Source: Asterias rubens (Eukaryota). From it: 64,000 bases of DNA. Of the stretch, positions 39,901 to 54,312 are shown in pieces (positions within the stretch are counted from its first letter, which is position 1; each line of letters opens with the position of its first letter). The stretch is taken from contig NC_047068.1 of NCBI RefSeq assembly GCF_902459465.1, forward strand, positions 12,400,001 to 12,464,000. The letters are read 5' to 3'. The notes under the pieces were generated by a model. It searched no databases. It had not been told where the DNA came from and saw only the letters and a program-made list of their open reading frames with translations. Both the position numbers and the translations under genes were made by a program.

Positions 39901-42900
39901 GGCTTTCTTTTATAAGTAGCCCAAACCCCAAAGAAAACATTAATCTTGTGGTTCCTCCCCCTCCCCATCAAAAAACTGAAATCCCTCACAAAATTGGCAA
40001 AACAAAACAAAAATGAAGGAAAATGTGAGTCAGGGTGACAAGAACCCGGCCTATTTACTTTTCAAAATTATTATTTTTCATCCGTGGTAATATTTTTAAC
40101 TAACCAGTTGATGTTCCGCATTTTACCGCCCTTCTCATTAACAATTAAGAGCTCTCATTAATGAAACACCTACAGGTAGAGTAAAAAAGCCACATGTGGT
40201 ACGTAAGATATGTGACCTGCCGCCTCAATCCGAAATACCCCGCATACACTCTACGAACTGACGCGTCAGATGTCGCGCCAGCAAAAACATTGCTTCTTGA
40301 AAATGCTCATCAAAATTTGATGCTCTGGGTGTTCCACATACTGAGCAATCGATTTTTTTACTCCCATGGAGACAAAATTCTCTTAAAGGGACAGCACTGC
40401 ATTGATTTTTTTTGCAGGGTAAGAGTTTCGCAGTTTGTCCAGTTTTGAAGAAAACACTTTTTTTAGGACTGCCAGGGAAAATGTCATGCAAATTAAGGTT
40501 GATATTTTTGAAAGGGTAAAACACTTAAAAGTGTGGTGTTGGGTTTCGTTGAAATTGAGCAGTCTTGTTTTTTCTCTATGAGGTAGGATTGTCAGTTTGT
40601 TTTTGTCAACGCAATGCTGATATATTGGCAAAAAAAGAACTATATAATAAAAGTCATTTGTGAAAGTTTCAATTGTATTGGTCCAGACCTGTATGATTCA
40701 TTTTTGAAAGGGCAAGGGCACCAAGGCCTTTTCTCTTTGTTAAAGGGCACTCTAATGAGGAAACTATAAAATTCTACTCAGCCATTTCAAGGGCACCAAC
40801 CTGGGGGCATGGAGGCAATAACCCTAGGCCTAGCCTACAGGGTCTACTTGTAAAAAAAAAAAACAGGACAAAACTGTCACGGTATTTTCCCAACCATGTT
40901 ACGTGGGGGTGATTGCGGGTACAAACCGCATCTCTAGCAGCTTATTCGTAAGCAGACACCAAGGAAATTTGAATGTCCAAAAGTCGCCTTCGGGCATTCT
41001 TTAGGGATTCAAATTGGTTGACGCGCTTTCATCAACTTCTGATCAATGGGGGCACTTCAGATGAAATCGTTTTGTAGGGTGCTTTTACTACCACCTTTGT
41101 AACAAGTAGGGTTTCAGATAGAGTGTTTTTGCTTATCATTATGATACTACCTTTAATATGTATATTATACATATTAAACGCAATTTTCAGGAATATTGTT
41201 TTGATCATATTGTTGTATAGAATACGAACAAGATGTGACAGTATCATTCAATCTATCACAAAGTTATCTCCTGGTTTAAAAATCATCTAATTTTAAGGAA
41301 TTAATTACATCATTAGTCAGGCATGGAGAAACAATCCAAGCACCTGTAGTAGTACGCTTTTAATTTAAGCAAAAAAATGTACTTCAATAAAAAACACTCT
41401 TCAATCAACAATACAAAAGGAATGAGAAAAAGGCATTCTAATTTTTATTTTACCCTTGCACACCGATGTGTGTTACAAGCACTGAATACTAGTTTGACCA
41501 ACCAAACCACCACGCCCAGTAGCAAGAGGCAGTTAGAATCCTATATTTCACGATTTTATAGATGTTTAATTTGCATGGGGGATTATGATTATTTAAAAGG
41601 ACCAATAGGAATGAAGAAACTGTCTTATAAGAACAGGTGCAAGCTTGCGTGTCACACCCATGTTTTTCAACACTTATTACTGGTCATAAACAAAGGTTTA
41701 TACACACCCACATGACGCGCTCTCCACCAATAGGAATAGCGAAACTGTCTGAGGTATTTATGAATTTTGGTTTAAGCCTTACACCAATGTGTGAAGTAAA
41801 GAAAGATTGATGAAAAATAACAATATGTCCTGAATTTTTCCCTATGTTAAATATTTTTTAATTTACAGTTAGATAATGTAGAGAAACCATCTTGGCAGGC
41901 CCAGCTTTCCGGCAAAAAAACCTGGACACTTCTCCCCCTGCCTGAATGTGAAAATATCTGTCACGAACTCCAGGTTACTGTCAACACGGGAGACATAAGT
42001 AAGTACATTGCCCAATTTGGCGAGAGATCTATGTGTAAAAGGGGGAACCCGAGGGCAATATTTTATAAAATTGGACGAGAGGTTCAAGGATTTGTGGTTT
42101 GTGGCTCGTGATTTCATGTCTCTTAGTTTAATCATGGAGGAAGGAAACTTAATTGGAATCAAGAGGAGGAATTGAGGCGAGCTACAAAGGACAGGAAGTG
42201 CAGAAGTGGGGAACATCTGTACTTTGCGTTGTGGATACATTCAGGCCCAATTTTATGAATCTGCTTACTAAGCAGGGAGTTTTGGCTTGTGCACACGTGC
42301 GTACTCCATGTTACTAGGCATTCTTTGCCTATACAGTTAGCACAGAAATTCAGCGCTTGCATAGAAGCGGAGAGCAATGATCGTAAGCACAGAATTTGAT
42401 GGTAAGCAGAGCCATGAAATTGGGCCCCGTTTAGAGGGTAGGAGTCTGCATTGAAATTGGAGCCTAATTTCATAAAGCTTCAACTGGCAGAGAACATTAT
42501 CGAACACATTTCTGCTAGGTAAAATTAAGCAGGAAACCAGTCACTATTGCATGGTAATTTGACTGGTACCCTATTTCTATGAAAGTTGGCACGGTGGACA
42601 TAAATATCATTAAGCCAATATGCAGAAAAAAATTGCTTAGCAGAAACAAATCTTGCTCAGCAAAAACCAGTTTATTAGCCTGTATCTAAATGTTTGTTGA
42701 TTATAACTGGGTTCCTTGCTTATATTTGCAGAATAAATTGCTAAGCTTCATTTCTGCCCAGAGGTATGATCATAAATTGGGTTTTGTCAATTAAAAGGCA
42801 GTGGACACTATTGGTAATTGTCAAAGACTAGTCTTCACAGTTGGTGTATCTCAACATATGCAAAAAATAACAAACCAGTGAAAATTTGAGCTCAATCGGT

Positions 42901-45900
42901 CGTCCAATTTGCGAGATAATAATGAAAAAAAAACCACCCTTGTTACACAAAGTTGTGTGCTTTCAGATGCTTGATTTTCGAGACCTCAAATTCTAAACTT
43001 GAGGTCTCGAAATCAAATTCGTGGAAAATTACTTCTTTCTCGAAAACTATGTCACTTCAGAGAGAGCGGTTTCTCATAATGTTTTATATTATCAACCTCT
43101 CCCCATTACTAGTAATCAAGAAAGGTTTCATGGTGACAATTATTTTGAGTAATTACCAATAGTGTTCACAGCCTTTAAAGGCATAACTATCAAGAAAGAT
43201 ACAATGAAATTCAGTTTGAGAAAGTTTTTCCTAATACAGGTGTGTCTACTTGTTGAGCACCAAAACAAAGTAATTATAATGCTAAATAACTCCCCAAACA
43301 ACAAAAAAACAAACTAACAAGCAAACGTTATTATACAAATCTCCTTAAGCGTAGTTGCATAATTAAGTCAAGCAAGTAGACTGACTGCTCTGCCTGTTTC
43401 TGAAATTCTTTGTCTTTTTGTGTTACTTAAGGGTTTCTCACTCCTTGATTAGGTAGCCTATTATTAGGCCATACAACAAAAATACATGTTTTTCGTCTTG
43501 TCTTGAAAGATTTCAGAAAGGGGGGTAGAAACATCAGTACAGAGTGTATTCTGTTAGCCACATCTCAAAATAGCTTATTGGGGTTTCCCTCCCAAATCTA
43601 CAACTGAACTTCTTTCTTCTTGTTTCGTATTCATCCTTGACATTGTTTGCGCTTATTGAGCTGTTGGATGTACGTGTAATCAAATAAATCAATTTAAAAT
43701 GACCATGAAGTAATGGTACAACACAAGAATTTGGAGCAACCTCATATTAGACCATGCATTAGGAGCATTTTATTTGGTTTGAGACAAAAGCAAAGGACCA
43801 ATTATTTGCCACTTTAGCAGAAAAAGAACAAATTAGTATGGTTTTAATATTCATATTCTTAAAATTTAGAATCAAGCATACAGCCACTTAAAAAAAAACC
43901 TCCTAATGTGATTTAAAGACAATTCAATAGAAAGTGTTTTGGAAAAACTGGTCTAATTCTAATTAATATTTCTCAAAGACAGGTTTGGGGGGAGCCTCTC
44001 AGATTTGTTATTATTTTGTGATGAATAACTGCAATATAATCAGACTTTTAGACAGTCAATTTGTGGTGATTTAGTTCTGATTTTAGATTTAAACATTTTT
44101 GTCAAAATGCCCTTCAGCAGGGGAAAAACAGCATTGTTAAAAACCCTCTAAAGTGATTGGCCCTCATACACAACCTCAAGAAATTGCAACTTTCCTGGCT
44201 GAACTTTAAATTGTAATCGCCATTCTTGAAATCGGAGTAGTCGAATGAAGTTGACATTCATGCTTTTACATTTGTCTCGGTTGATTTATAGCCCTCTCAC
44301 AAATAAAACAAACAATGAGTGCGCCTATGAAAGCATTTACACAGCAAAGAAAATACTTCCCCTTTTCAAAAACAAAACAAAACAAAACCCCAACCCGAAA
44401 CGTAGAATTTAATTTGACTTTATTGCACACAGTAACTTGATACTTGTATAAATAAAGTCCTCTAGTGGCTAACCTTTTGAGAACAAAGGCAGGTGATATA
44501 CCTTTTTCCCGAAAGGCGTCTGTCTGCGACACAGTGAGCTAGTCTTCAAATAAAGCGAACGTGACAACCCCTCGCTCTTCCCAATAACTCTCGCAACGTC
44601 AGGATCAAGCAGAGAAGACAATCTGAGACAAAGAGGGACAATTGCAACTAGGCACTTGGCTATTATCTACTGACAAGATGATGGGAGAAAAAAAATCCAA
44701 TCTGGAGAAGCACCGAAATGGTCGGGGGTTTTCTGAAATCTCTTGACGACTTTAATTGAAGTGTAAAATGTTCCAAACTTGCCCCATGGTTGTTTTTTTC
44801 TAGTGATGTTGGCTCATGCACCTGCATTCATATTGCTCAAATATATTCGCAGTGTGTTTCCTTATATACTCTGGGCATAATACATTATTCATCGAGAAGA
44901 AAGGCTTTTCCTTCTGACGATCTGTCCAGTATTTAGTTCAATTTGTCAAAGGAAAAATATATTGATTGAGGTTCTTTTTTTAGCTGCGCCAACTTGAAGG
45001 CCATGTTTAGGTCAGGCAATAAGAGGATCAGAAATCACGCCACTTTGCAGGTTTTTTTATTTTACTTGGGGAAGCAAGAATTGTGATGAAAGGTACTATT
45101 TATTGGATTATTATTATGACATTTTTTTTTTTTTTTGGGGGGGGGATTCTGAGTAAATCCTCTAGTATTTAAAAGAAACAGTTGTAAGTAATGAAATGTT
45201 TAAAGGTATTTTAGGGTCATATTATGGTGTAAAAATTTAAAACTGCTGAGCTTGTGACCATAGAAACGTACTTGGAGAGAAGCAATTCACCTAATGATAG
45301 TATTTCACTATTTTTTCACTTCAAAGGAAGAGGGTTTTCTAAGCAAGTACATACTGTATTCAACGTTTCGACTGCTTGCTCTATAGTCATCATCAGGAGA
45401 CTGTTATAACAACTGTGAATTTAAGGCAAATCGTGCGATTGTCAAGTTTTTTTAAAGCCAGTTTAAATTATGCAATTGACCCAATTCGCATGGCGTCATC
45501 ATCGATGATAAATTGTGGTTGCGCCGTTTGGGGAGTACAATCTCCATGGGTTAATTTGTATTGCAAACTGTAATATAGCAATGTGTGCACGGATAGACAC
45601 ACATCATATATTTACTCGCAATTTGACTCTCAAAATGACAGACAATGGGCAGACAGTAGGCATGGTGTGACGTATTAACTGCAATGGGTCAATATGCAAT
45701 GCCTAATTACCTTGAATCAAAACAATTATAAGTTATCATTATTGACTGCCTTTAACAAAAATCACGATCTGGATCTTTAATGATTTACATCATGGGCCAA
45801 ATTTCTTAGAGCTGTTTTAAAGCCATTATACACTTTCGGCACAGAAAAAAAGTTCACAGATTTACAAACAACTTACAGGGTTTACAGAAGGTAATGGTGA

Positions 45901-46554
45901 AAGACTTCTCTTGAAATATTATTCCATGAAATGCTTTACTTTTCGAGAAAACATTAAAACAATTATCAATTCTCGTTGTTGAGAAATACGGATTTATTTT
46001 AAACACATGTCATGACATGTGAAACGTGCGGAAACAAGGGTTTTGTTATTTTTTTATATCAGTTGTGATACACAAAGTGTGGGTCTTTGGACAATACTGT
46101 TTACCGAAAGTGTCAAATGGCTTTAAAACGGTAAATATTGCATATAACACATAAACAGTGCAAATAACACATAAACAACATATAACAGAAGCAGTAAGAG
46201 GATTAAATGAACACAGAGAGAGAGAGAGAGGCAGAATGCACTGCCAAAAAGCATGGACTCTTGGAAGATTTTGTCTCACAATTTCTGGCTCAAAGGCCCC
46301 CCCCCCCATGAAAAACCCCAAACCAACCCTCTGTTTTGCTTTAAGGGGGTGTTTTCACCAAAGTTGTTTTCTAATATATTTCCCCCTTCAGCCTAACTAA
46401 CTCAAATGACTTTTTGTGGACACAAATTAACATTGTATGATTTACTCCTTTGCCTGTCTTTCTTACAGTTGTGCTGGATACCAACCAGTGGTATCATACA
46501 ACACGCATTCATCCAGGCAAGATCAGCATCACGATTGGTTCAGAGTTTGACTGA
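36943..46554 (+). CDS. Uncharacterised membrane-anchored cupin/JmjC-like (putative Fe(II)/2OG oxygenase-fold) protein, 340 aa
   Basis: Exons 36943-37613, 38708-38843, 41869-41998, 46469-46554 (1023 nt, phases consistent). TM segment FRWFFLTCIPIALGLVVFAC. Motifs RPALVTGATANW, WYFGWSNC, RPYFLP, DWIFMG, GAGIHLD (HxD), SWQAQLSGKKTW, TGDIIVLDTNQWYH (distal His), SITIGSEFD*. Confidence 0.85.
38878..38940. repeat. 30-bp direct duplication
   Basis: ATGCATTGTCATAGCCTGGGGAGAGGGGG occurs twice, just after exon 2 of the cupin gene. Confidence 0.85.
39060..39455. repeat. Degenerate tandem array of CTTGGAACGTAAGC(A/G)TAG with a terminal inverted copy
   Basis: About 10 GAACGTAA cores; inverted GCTTACGTTCC at ~39436-39447. 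Confidence 0.75.
42795..43174 (-). mobile_element. Kolobok-like MITE, full length
   Basis: TTAA|AAGGCAGTGGACACTATTGGTAATT...AATTACCAATAGTGTTCACAGCCT|TTAA. Confidence 0.8.
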
Positions 46555-48934
46555 GTGGATAGATCAGCACCCAATTTCATAAAGCTGTTAAGCAGAAAAT
46601 TCCTTTGCTAAGCAAGACACTAGTGGGACACCAGATACATGTAGTAGTGACAAGTACAGTATTTTGGCAGGTTTTTGCTAAGCAAGCATTTTCTGTGCTT
46701 AGCAAGTTTTTGTGATTACATGCTTAATCTGCTTTGCAAGTGCCTTTGCTGAGCAAGAAATGAGTTAGGTACCAATCACAGGAAAGGTAAATCTACCATA
46801 TTTTGGCTGGTAACCTATTTTTGCTTAGGCAAAAGTTTTCTGAGTTTGGCACAATTTTGTGCTTACTTGCTTTATGAAATCGGTCATCGGTGTTATGCCT
46901 TTAATCCACTATGTACTGCCGGGTACCGACCAACTTGAGCTTGAGTGTGTATACAGCTGCTGCTTTCTGGTAACTTTTTTTTTTTTTTTTTACCCATTCA
47001 ACTTGAAAACATCACATGGTTCGATGTGGGGAAGAATTCAAGTGGACCACACCCACATTCGATGTGACCTGATATTTGAGTCAGACTGACCTGGAATCTG
47101 GCTCAGAGTATTTTGGACTCAGATTTACAAACTTTTTTTGACCCTAAAACATATCCATGGTGCTATATTTAGAGGTTGACAGCCTCTCTACATCACCGCA
47201 AATAGAACTCTAGAGGATTGGTCATAGCAAGTGTCTTTGACTTTCTCAACTGCAAAGGAGATTATTATTCTAAGTACTATACATTGATGGACATACTTAA
47301 AAGTGACATATTTTCTCATTTCATGATTTTTAATAATAACTGGCATTTTCCCTCTTGTAAAGAGACAATGAAAGTTCATTCATGTCCTTTCTTGAAAATT
47401 GAATAGAGTTATTCAAATATATTTGTTTAATGTTAAAAAAAAATCAGTGGATTGCTGTTTCATTTTTAAATTTTGGTTTTGGATCCATCTTTTGATTTCA
47501 GTTTCAGTATTCTTTGTTTGTACAGTGTATTTATCTGGAAAGTACTTTGAAGAAGTGTTCTAAGTAGAATGAAAAGATCAATGAAATAACCTTTTTGAAA
47601 TTCCTTACTCAACAGTCTAAGAAATGTTACATGCAGAAATGTTTCTCAGATTGAAATGTTTATGAATCCCTCTCTCTAAAATCACATTCCTTAGAAGGGA
47701 AGCGTTTCTCAAAATGTTATACGTCATCAACAGCTGCAGTGCTTCTCGTGAAAGTTTTTATGGTCATTATTTTTTTCCGTAATTACCAAAGGTATACTCT
47801 CCCTTTAAACTCATATTTAATCCAAATATAACCAGGATGAATTTGTTTTTTGGGCATTTTTCTTGGGGGTTTTCATCCCACACCTGAAATTGAACACTTC
47901 TTCTTGTTTCTTTCTCATCCTGTTATTTGTGCTTTTTGTGCTTTTTGATGTGTTATCAAATAAATACAGACAACTCAATTTAGGAATGTTACTCTATTTT
48001 TACACAACTCACTTTTAGTCCAAGCAAGTCTCCTGTGCAATATACTTCACCTAACCCTCTCAAGAAAAAAAAAGAAAGAAAAAAAAAATGATTTAAAATT
48101 CCCAACTATTGATGATGCACCTTGGGACAAACACAAATGCACGGGTCGGTTGACATCCGTTTTTAGAGATATAAAAGCATTTGAATCTCATGAATAACTT
48201 ATAAACCCTGACGCTAAGGGCAAGTCATGCAAAAGTCAAAATGAGTGAGACTTGTCGCTAATCTCACTTTCCTTCAATCCCTGACGGACGGTTCATAGGA
48301 AGGTATTGACACTTGGGACCGGGGGAACCAGGGACCCAGCTGCCACTACCTCTAGTATAATTACAACCCCCGCTCAAGTTTTTCGCAGTTTCGCGTTGCG
48401 GAACTGTCAGATCAAAGATTTTGAGATTGTGTTAGAAAAACATGTTTGATGCTTGCTCGAGCTGGGATAGAGTTAAGTGGAGGTGTTTGGGTTGATTGAC
48501 TTATAGTATTGAATGGCTGTTTCTTCTTTAATTTAATATATTTGATTTTTCTTGTTTTTATTTTTCTAAACGACAAGTGTGCACACTGTTTACTCTTCTA
48601 TGATGTTTTCACAAAATTGTTTGACCAATGTGGTGATGAAATTCTAGTCATGGTAAATTCCTGAAAATTAGAGGAATTACAAATCCTCTGCTTTCCCAAA
48701 CCAATATTTTCCTTTCTGTCATGCGGATTTAAAATATCCTACAATTATCAGAACCAATATTTTCCTCTTTCATGATAATTCCAATCAGATTGCTCAAATA
48801 TTTAACCCAATCACAAGATATTACCTACAAATAATTGGCTTTCATCACCAGGTCTTTCCCACAAGCTGTTGTTTTTATAATATTTCTATTCAGACCCCAT
48901 TAATTGTTGTTTGCTTAGGTGTTATAAATGACTT

Positions 48935-49625
48935 CAGGAGTGAAGTTAATATTACATTGTTTGGGTGCTTGGGTTGTGTTTGGTAAATATTGGCTGTAAT
49001 ATTATATACACACCTTGAAAATTGCATTAAAAGCCATTGAGCTTTGCCTTTGTACAAGAGGGCATGCAGATGAGGAAAAGGTTGTCAAAGTTCCTCTAGG
49101 GAATCTTCAGAAGACCATTAAGAACAGGAGTAAAGTTATTACATTGTTTGGGTGCTAGGGTTGTGTTTGGTAATTAAACACACCTTGAAATTGCATTAAA
49201 GCCATTTATCTTTACCTTGCAGCTGAATTGGGGAAAAGGTAGTCAAATTTCCTCTACACGGAATTTTCAGGAGTCCATAGAACATGAGTAAAGTTACTAC
49301 ATTGTTTGGATGCAAGGGTTGTGTTTGGTCATTATTGGCTTTAACACACCTTGAAAATTGCATCAAAAGCCATTGATCTTTACCTTTGTACAAGGGCAAG
49401 GCAGCTGAATTGGGGGAAAAAGGTAGTTAAATTTCATCTACGGAATCTTCAGGAGACCGTTCAGTACAGGATTGAAGTTATTATACATTGTTTGGATTCT
49501 AGGGTTGTGTTTGGTAAATATTGTCCATAATATGTACACACCTTGAAAATTGCATCAAAAGCCATTGACCTTTACGTTTGAAGGTGCGGGGGAATTGAGG
49601 AAAAGGCAGTTTAATTTCCTCTCTG
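48935..49625. repeat. Diverged tandem repeat, ~160-190 bp unit x4
   Basis: TACATTGTTTGG(G/A)TGC..GGGTTGTGTTTGGT...ACACACCTTGAAAATTGCAT(T/C)AAAAGCCATT recurs four times. Confidence 0.85.
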
Positions 49626-51350
49626 TCCATTATCCGTGCACTTAAATCTAAACCACTTTTGACACGCTTCCAGATAGACAAGTGTGACTTAATTTGCCAT
49701 TGCCATTACAGGTAGGGCCATAGAATGAGGCCATTTTCATAGTGCTGTTTAACAGTAAACAAACTTTTGTGATAACTGTAGCAGAAAATTTGCTTAAGCA
49801 GAAGCGTATTTCAAAGGTTATCATGAAAATTTGGCAGCTATCTTGCGCATTCACTGTGGATTTACATTGTTATGTCATTGATGTTGTGCGCTTACGGGTA
49901 GCAGTGCTATGAAATGGAAATTGTACAGTAAGCACAAAATCGGTCGTTAACCAGCGCTATGAAATTGGGCCCCGGTCAAGTACTGAAACAAAGGACCATA
50001 AAAACTGAGAAGCACTGCAGCTGTTGATAGTATAAACTATTTTGAGAAAGAATTTCCCTCGGAAGGTAATTATGGTTTGGATAGTTTTTCATCTCAAATC
50101 GTTAAATCATTTATTAATAATTTCTCATATTTCTGAGGGTTGGTGTCCATTTTCATGCTGCTCGTGTTCAGGAGAATGAGAGTAGAGTATCTGTTCGAAA
50201 CACACTGGCTCTTTTCAGAGCCATCACTCCTCCCAATTAATGAGAGTCTACACATTGGACCAATTTCAAAAAGCAGAAAATACTGCTTGACAAATATAGC
50301 TGGACACCATCCACAACAATGCAAACTCAATGTAATTTTGGGCTGATAATCTGGTTCTGCTAAGCAAAACTATTTTGTGTTTAGTGAGTTTTTGTGCTTA
50401 CAGGCTTTATGAAATTTGGCCATGGTTGTACCCACTTGGTTATTTCTTATTTTCCACAATTTAAAGATTCAGAAATCATACAGGTAAAAGCAGTCTGGTA
50501 TTAAAAGGGCTATTATGACTTAATTTAAATAATCATATAGTAACGCGTACAATATACTGTAAATATAAAAGTTTATCACTTATAAAGGAAATGTATTGAA
50601 CAAATGTTTTTATTTTGTGTATGTATTGAAAAAAATGTTTTATTTTGTGTGTGTGCAACATACATGTTTATATTGTTCAATGTATATAAGAGCAGTACTC
50701 AAGTTAGTACTCAGTTGTCAGTTGTTAACAACAATAAATGCTTGAAATTTTCATTGAAAACAAAGATGTAGCCATTGATCCTTTCATCAGTGTGCTGTTT
50801 TTCTATCCTGCAACAATTATAAACAAATCTAATTTTCCATAGAATTATTTGGTATACATTTGTTGTTGTTGTGGTGTATATGTAAATAAAAGGTGGAGAA
50901 GAGATGCATCAAAACAAAATATAAATTATATGGAAAGGTTTGTGGCAACACCATGTAATGACTATCTCTAATGAGTTGGGGTGGTTTCAACTTGGTTTCA
51001 ATTCGACAAAATATGAATGGCATTGGCCAATCCATTGTGACTTATTTACAATCAAAACAGTTACAAATCTTTCATTTCATCTTATCTTGCTAAGAATCCT
51101 TTCAAGGTTTCAGCCTCCCACAATCTTGTTATTTTGAAAGCATCTATTTTCCTGGCACAGGGTTTCCTGTGCTGTATGCTTCTTCTTATCTAATATTTAG
51201 ACCCTCACTTTGTTAGCAAAATTGGTTTTAAAATGTGGGAGTCCTGGCTGAGTGGTCTATAAGCACATCGGACTCGAGTTCTGCATCCATTGCTCTGCCT
51301 CGCTGTTGTTTTCAACAAAAGGCTAAGATTCATTTCCCTTTTTTTGTTAA

Positions 51351-51677
51351 AGACACTGGACACTATTGGTAATTGTCAAAGACAAAGTCTTCTCACTTGG
51401 TGTATCTCAACATATGCATAAGATAACAAAACTGTGAAAAATTGAGATCAATTGGTCATCTGAGTTGCGAGATAATAATGAAAGAAAAAAACACCCTAAA
51501 TTTGAGGTTTCAAAATCAAATTTGTGGAAAATTACTTCTTTCTCGAAAACTGCGTCACTTCAGAGGGAGCCGTTTCTCACAATGTTTTATACTATCAACG
51601 TCTCCCCATTACTCATTACAAAGTAAGGTTTTATGCTAATAATTATTTTGAGTAACTACCAATAGTGTCCACTGCCT
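51351..51677 (-). mobile_element. Kolobok-like MITE copy (internal deletion)
   Basis: TTAA|AGACACTGGACACTATTGGTAATT...CCAATAGTGTCCACTGCCT. Confidence 0.8.
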
Positions 51678-52889
51678 TTATACAAAAGCTGTTTTACTCT
51701 TCAATGAAATGTAACTACACATAAAACCACGAGATATATATTTGGTCCTTGGGTTAAACGCAAGAAATATTTAGCCGAGTACAAGGGCTGACCTACATGT
51801 AGGGCTTACACATGGTGTAGTGTTTATATGAGACCTTATTAATAACATTTTTTTCCTGATTTTTCCAAGGGCAAACAACCGAAACAGACAAAAGAAGGAA
51901 GAATATCCTGCCAGTAAAAGGACATTTTGTCTTCTGTTTTTCTTGTTTTTTTGTTCTTTGAAATGCTGTAACAAAAGTAGGCTTTCATTTGTTTGTCCCA
52001 TAAATCCAACCTTGCATGTCTAATGCGTTTTACTAATGACACAAAAATCCATTAATAACTTCACATGGCTTTTGTGCTCAACTTGCATTTCAGACCATTC
52101 TTCTCACTTTGGTCGATCTCATGGTCACTTTGTCAAATAGTGGTCAGAACAATCATTATGAATCCCACGTGGGATTTCGTGACAACCTTCAGCCCAACAC
52201 TACAGATTAAAAACAATGGCCGAAAATGCATTTATATCCCGAGAGGGCAGCGAATTTGCTACATATGGATATTTAGCAGATGGAATCATACTGATGGGGT
52301 TTGAGGCATTGCATGGTGAGGTGATGGGGAATAAAGGATAGCTCGGGCTGTGGGAGGAATTTTACTTGTACAGTTTTTAAGTGTCGTGATTTGAGAAATC
52401 TGGTAAAAAAAAACACCTTTCTTTATTGCACATACAGACATTTAGTCTTAGCACTGAATGAGTAAACACAAGGGGAAAACAAAAACACTTATTAGCAAGT
52501 TTTTTTATATGTATATAAACTTTATCAAGCCTTTGTGGTTTGAGTGTGCTGGTCAAAACAGGGATGTCTAAGTTGCTTTTTTTAATTTTGAGTCAGAGCA
52601 CTGATTATAAAAAAAAACACCTAGTATTTAACAGGGAAGCAACTTTGCAAGATGTGGATGAATTATTTAAGGAGGAATATTACTCCTGTTGGAATTGGTG
52701 CCCCCCCCCCCCAACACCTAGTGGAAAGCAATGCTGGCAATTAAACTTATCGCTAGAAAAGGAATAACTGCCCCAATGTTTTCTGTTAGTGGCTGCTAAA
52801 TGCACCAAGCAGCACCCTTGCGCTGCATAAATCAGTCTTACATTTAAAGAATCTGTAAAAAAAAACTGTCTATAATTGTTTCTCTAAAT

Positions 52890-53073
52890 CTAATTCTGAG
52901 GTCTGAAATCAAAGTAAGGGAAAATTACTTCTTTCTCGAAAAAAAAATACGTTACTTCAGAGGGAGCCGTTTCTCACAATGTATATACTATTAACAGCTC
53001 CCCATTACTCGTTACTAAATACGGTTTTATGCTAGTAATTATATTGAGTAATTACCAATAGTGTCCACTGCCT
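52890..53073 (-). mobile_element. Kolobok-like MITE, partial
   Basis: Ends AATTACCAATAGTGTCCACTGCCT|TTAA. Confidence 0.75.
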
Positions 53074-53366
53074 TTAACAGTTGTACATTTTGTCAAGTGG
53101 TGTGTAAAAGGCTAAGCATGACTAAGCATATAATGATCTGTGGCTGTATGGTACAATCTTATCTTTGATCTGAGAAGGCATTACGGCAAAAGACCACGCT
53201 GATTCCTCTCTCTCTCTGCGTTGAATGCACTCACAAAGTTCAATTTGTTGGATAAACACAAACGCTGTGTAAGGAATAAATCGTACAGTCAAATAAAAGA
53301 CACTCTACGGCATCGGTTATATGTGGGGTTGTTTAAAAGAAAATTTACACTACCAGGCCTAAGTAG

Positions 53367-54312
53367 CCCCTATTCTTGGTCTCTGTTACCCATGGTCTTG
53401 GCCTTGATGCCCCTGGTCTTGGCCCCTGTTACCCCTGGTCTTGGCCCCTGTTACCCCTGGTCTTGGCCTCTGTTACCCCTGGTCTTTGCCTTGGTGCCCC
53501 CGGTATTGGTCTCTGTTACCCCTGGTCTTGGCCTTGGTGCCCCTGGTCTTGGCCTTGGTGCCCCTGGTATTGGTCTCTGTTACCCCTGGTCTTGGCCTTG
53601 GTGCCCCCGGTATTGGTCTCTGTTACCCCTGGTCTTGGCCTTGGTGCCCCTGGTCTTGGCCTCTGTTACCCCTGGTCTTGGCCTTGGTGCCCCTGGTCTT
53701 GGCCCCTGTTACCCCTGGTCTTGGCCTTGGTGCCCCTGGTCTTTGTCTCGGTTACCCCTAGTCTTGGCCTTGGTGCCCCTGGTCTTGGCCTCTGTTACCC
53801 CTGGTCTTGGCCTCTGTTACCCCTGGTCTTGGCCTCTGTTACCCCTGGTCTTGGCCTTGGTGCGCCCCTGGTCTTGGCCTCTGTTACCCTGGTCTTGGCC
53901 TTGGTGCCCCTGGTCTTGGCCTCTGTTACCCCTGGTCTTGGCCTTGGTGCCCCTGGTCATGGCCTCTGTTACCCCTGGTCTTGGCCCCTGTTACCCCTGG
54001 TCTTGGCCCCTGTTACCCCTGGTCTTGGCCTTGGTGCCCCTGGTCTTGTCCTTGGTGCCCCTGGTCTTGGCCTCTGTTACCCCTGGTCTTGGCCTTTGTG
54101 CCCCATGTCATGGCCTCTGTTACCCCTGGTCTTGGCCCCTGTTACCCCTGGTCTTGGCCTTGGTGCCCCTGGTATTTGTCTCTGTTACCCCTGGTCTTGG
54201 CCTCTGTTACACCCGGTCTTGGCCTTGGTGCCCCTGGTATTGGTCTCTGTTACCCCTGGTCTTGGCCTTGGTGCCCCTGGTCTTGGTCTCTGTTGCCCCT
54301 GGTCTTAGCCCC
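53367..54312. repeat. GC-rich minisatellite of interspersed 21-bp (CCCCTGGTCTTGGCCTTGGTG) and 22-bp (CCCCTGGTCTTGGCCTCTGTTA) units
   Basis: About 43 units directly visible. The long + strand ORFs here are a by-product of the repeat. Confidence 0.95.

Noticed and set aside
48265-48355. Possible minus-strand terminal exon GSGSWVPGSPGPKCQYLPMNRPSGIEGK*
   Set aside because: Weak acceptor, no partner exons found, and no family recognised.
52094-52330. Exon-like segments (TILLTLVDLM..., MAENAFISREG...) and a similar one at 58236-58400
   Set aside because: In-frame stops or no consistent splice partners; not connectable into a gene.
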